Below are positions 22,359 through 24,000 of a stretch of DNA of 24,000 bases, piece after piece. The stretch lies in NCBI RefSeq assembly GCF_034334985.1, contig NZ_JAWXXL010000008.1, forward strand, positions 65,041-89,040, written 5' to 3'. The DNA is from Acutalibacter intestini. GTDB taxonomy: Bacteria; Bacillota; Clostridia; Oscillospirales; Acutalibacteraceae. Both the position numbers and the translations under genes were made by a program. Below the pieces are notes generated by a model. The model saw nothing but the letters and a program-made list of their open reading frames with translations. It did no database searches and was not told the origin of the DNA. Every line of letters starts with the position of its first letter. Positions within the stretch are counted from its first letter, which is position 1.

Positions 22359-22885
22359 TTTTTCTTGGAATCCTCGATTAGCTGTTCTAAGTCTTCTTTC
22401 TGTTTCTGGCTGATACTTTGGGTGAAACACAATGAGGAGGATAAACGATAGGAACTAGTGCTGGGGTTTGTTCCCCCCTCTTGTTTACCAGCGGAAAAAT
22501 AATACGTTAACCATTTGGTGTAGCGTTCCAGACAGTCAAGTTTGAGGTTCCTTTTCTGCCATATTTCAAGATAGCGGACATAAAGGGAATACAGCGGGGT
22601 CCCTTTGAGTTTATACGCGAAATGACACTTCCTGATCAGTTGTACAAACTTCTTGTCCTGTACTGGCCCCTTGACTAAAGAATCCATTGATATGGAAAGC
22701 ACATTACATATCCTGACTATTTGGCTTACGGAGGGTTCTGGCCCCCTGTCCCGCAAAAAGCTCGATAGCGCATGGGCGGGAAAGTCTGTCAGGTCGGCAA
22801 AGGCTTCTTCCGTCATTTCATTGGAAAAAAGGTAACTGCGAATCTGATAGGCCAATTCATAACTGCTAATATCTGAGAGTGTCAC
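22355..22885 (-). CDS. XRE-like HTH regulator with a C-terminal extension, first gene of the M56 operon.
   Basis: GTG 22885 lies 7 nt after GGAGG. ELAYQIRSYLFSNEMTEEAFADLTDFPAHALSSFLRDRGPEPSVSQIVRICNVLSISMDSLV follows the HTH_XRE pattern. It occupies the position normally held by BlaI. Confidence 0.65.
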   Translation of the reverse strand: MTLSDISSYELAYQIRSYLFSNEMTEEAFADLTDFPAHALSSFLRDRGPEPSVSQIVRICNVLSISMDSLVKGPVQDKKFVQLIRKCHFAYKLKGTPLYSLYVRYLEIWQKRNLKLDCLERYTKWLTYYFSAGKQEGGTNPSTSSYRLSSSLCFTQSISQKQKEDLEQLIEDSKKK

Positions 22886-23025
22886 CCTTATGCCTCCTGT
22901 ATAAAAACTTAATTTCTTCTGCAAGACGCAAAACACAGCATAAGCGTATTTTGCGTTTGTGTATGCCTTAAAATAACTGTACAATACTTATCGTATAGAC
23001 AGTACCATACAGGAGGAAACAGGAA

Positions 23026-23337
23026 ATGCGAAACCTAAAGCATCTTAGGCTTGAAAAGGGTCTAAACCAGTTTGAAATGGCAAGCGAACTGGATATGCCG
23101 CAATCAACCTACCAGCAGTATGAGGCTGGAATAACTGAGCCGAGATTTTCAACTGTGATACAGATTGCGGATTACTTCAATGTGTCTATCGACTACCTGA
23201 TTGGCCGGACAAACGTCCGAGAACCATGGGACAGGTCGGGGGACAGAGTTTCTGCCGAGATTGCCTGTCTACGAAACCCGAAAGCGCGGCAGGCACTGCT
23301 TACTCTGCTTCGGGAGATTCGTTCAGACGAGCTTTGA
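23026..23337 (+). CDS. XRE-family HTH regulator (103 aa).
   Basis: LKHLRLEKGLNQFEMASELDMPQSTYQQYEAGITEPRFSTVIQIADYFNVSIDYLIGR. An AGGAGG RBS is present. Confidence 0.9.
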   Translation: MRNLKHLRLEKGLNQFEMASELDMPQSTYQQYEAGITEPRFSTVIQIADYFNVSIDYLIGRTNVREPWDRSGDRVSAEIACLRNPKARQALLTLLREIRSDEL

Positions 23338-23474
23338 GATACTTCCTCACCTTTATAATACACCACTAAAATAGTAATGTCAACCGGGAATCTAATTATA
23401 ATTCAGTTATTTCGTTTCTCAATGCCAACTGTTATACTAAAATCGTAGTAACACTGGCTGGAGGTAAAGGGACG

Positions 23475-24000
23475 ATGGTAAAAAACTTACGGATGCTCAG
23501 GGAGGACATGGGGCTTTCTCAGGAAAAGCTGGCTTCGCTAACCGGGTTGACTGCCCGGAGGGTCTTTTCATATGAACGGGAATCCAACGAGCCGGACATA
23601 GAAACCTTGGCCCTTCTGGCGGACTTTTTCGGGGTAACTATTGATTTTCTAGTCGGGCACACAGAGGATGAGAACGAGTGCGGTCCGAGCAGCTCTCTGA
23701 ATTTGACCCGGTTCGGCGTTCGTATCCGGCAGTTTCGAGAGAGCAAGGACATGGAGCGCCCGGAACTTGCCAAACGAGTGGGCGTTACCTCTGCTTATTT
23801 GGGGCTGATTGAAAACGGCGGGAAGATACCCAAACTGGAAACCTGCCTTAAAATACTCAATGCTTTGGGGATGTCTGCGGACGCAGCTTTTATGGACAAT
23901 CTTGATGCTGCCGTCCCTCAAAAGGCCAACTTGCTGCAGAGCAAAATTGCCGCGCTGCCCCCAGAAAAACAGCGGTTTATACTGAATCTTCTGGAATCCA
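23475..24000 (+). CDS. Tandem double-XRE HTH regulator; 3' end outside the window.
   Basis: Hand translation: MVKNLRMLREDMGLSQEKLASLTGLTARRVFSYERESNEPDIETLALLADFFGVTIDFLVGH...FGVRIRQFRESKDMERPELAKRVGVTSAYLGLIENGGKIPKLETCLKILNALGMS... The frame is open to the window end. GGAGG lies upstream of ATG 23475. Confidence 0.85.
   Translation, partial: MVKNLRMLREDMGLSQEKLASLTGLTARRVFSYERESNEPDIETLALLADFFGVTIDFLVGHTEDENECGPSSSLNLTRFGVRIRQFRESKDMERPELAKRVGVTSAYLGLIENGGKIPKLETCLKILNALGMSADAAFMDNLDAAVPQKANLLQSKIAALPPEKQRFILNLLES

Noticed and set aside
21442-22451. ORFs overlapping the M56 gene: 21886-22413, 21681-22055, 21776-22093 and 22143-22451.
   Set aside because: They are shadow frames. The HEXXH-containing frame is the only one with transmembrane helices and a coupled start.
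1-24000. A search for CRISPR arrays, tRNA or rRNA genes and IS-type terminal inverted repeats.
   Set aside because: No regularly spaced direct repeats, no cloverleaf-like or rRNA-like segments and no transposase of DDE type were seen. Element ends could not be defined by eye.

Overview
This is a 24-kb mosaic accessory region that reads like a Gram-positive, Clostridia-type mobile-element landscape; the taxon is inferred only from the protein families and GGAGG-type ribosome-binding sites (RBS). 1-6.6 kb, minus strand: an ArdA-like ORF cut by the window edge, then a translationally coupled cassette of two full-length large serine recombinases. The cassette also holds a recombinase-domain-only protein, a 49-aa ORF and a resolvase-domain protein lacking the catalytic Ser. 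Upstream of it sit a GC-rich non-coding island and a sigma-70 region-4 regulator. 6.8-11 kb: an agr-type quorum-sensing locus, with agrD-agrB on the minus strand and an XRE regulator, LytTR response regulator and AgrC-type kinase on the plus strand. It is followed by a secreted Cys-rich protein whose promoter has the same LytTR-box geometry as the agrD promoter. 11.1-15.2 kb: a CUT1-type ABC importer with a lipoprotein binding protein, two permeases and an extra membrane protein, but no ATPase. 15.3-19.4 kb holds the stand-out feature. It is a tight minus-strand operon of a SLOG/DUF1273 protein, a 146-aa unknown, and a 962-aa fusion protein. The fusion joins an ExoIII/APE-type (EEP) nuclease to a group-II-intron-like reverse transcriptase (RT, X, degenerate HNH) with a C-terminal extension. 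There is no room for an intron ribozyme, and a ribbon-helix-helix (RHH) regulator is encoded divergently. This is a LINE-ORF2-like domain order in a bacterium and the best candidate for an undescribed retroelement or defence system. 19.4-24 kb: a dense cluster of XRE regulators, an XRE-Spo0A_C fusion, and a coupled operon of an XRE-like regulator, an M56 (BlaR1-type) membrane protease and a small secreted protein. No rRNA, tRNA or CRISPR array was seen. All family assignments come from reading motifs in the translations; no database search was run.
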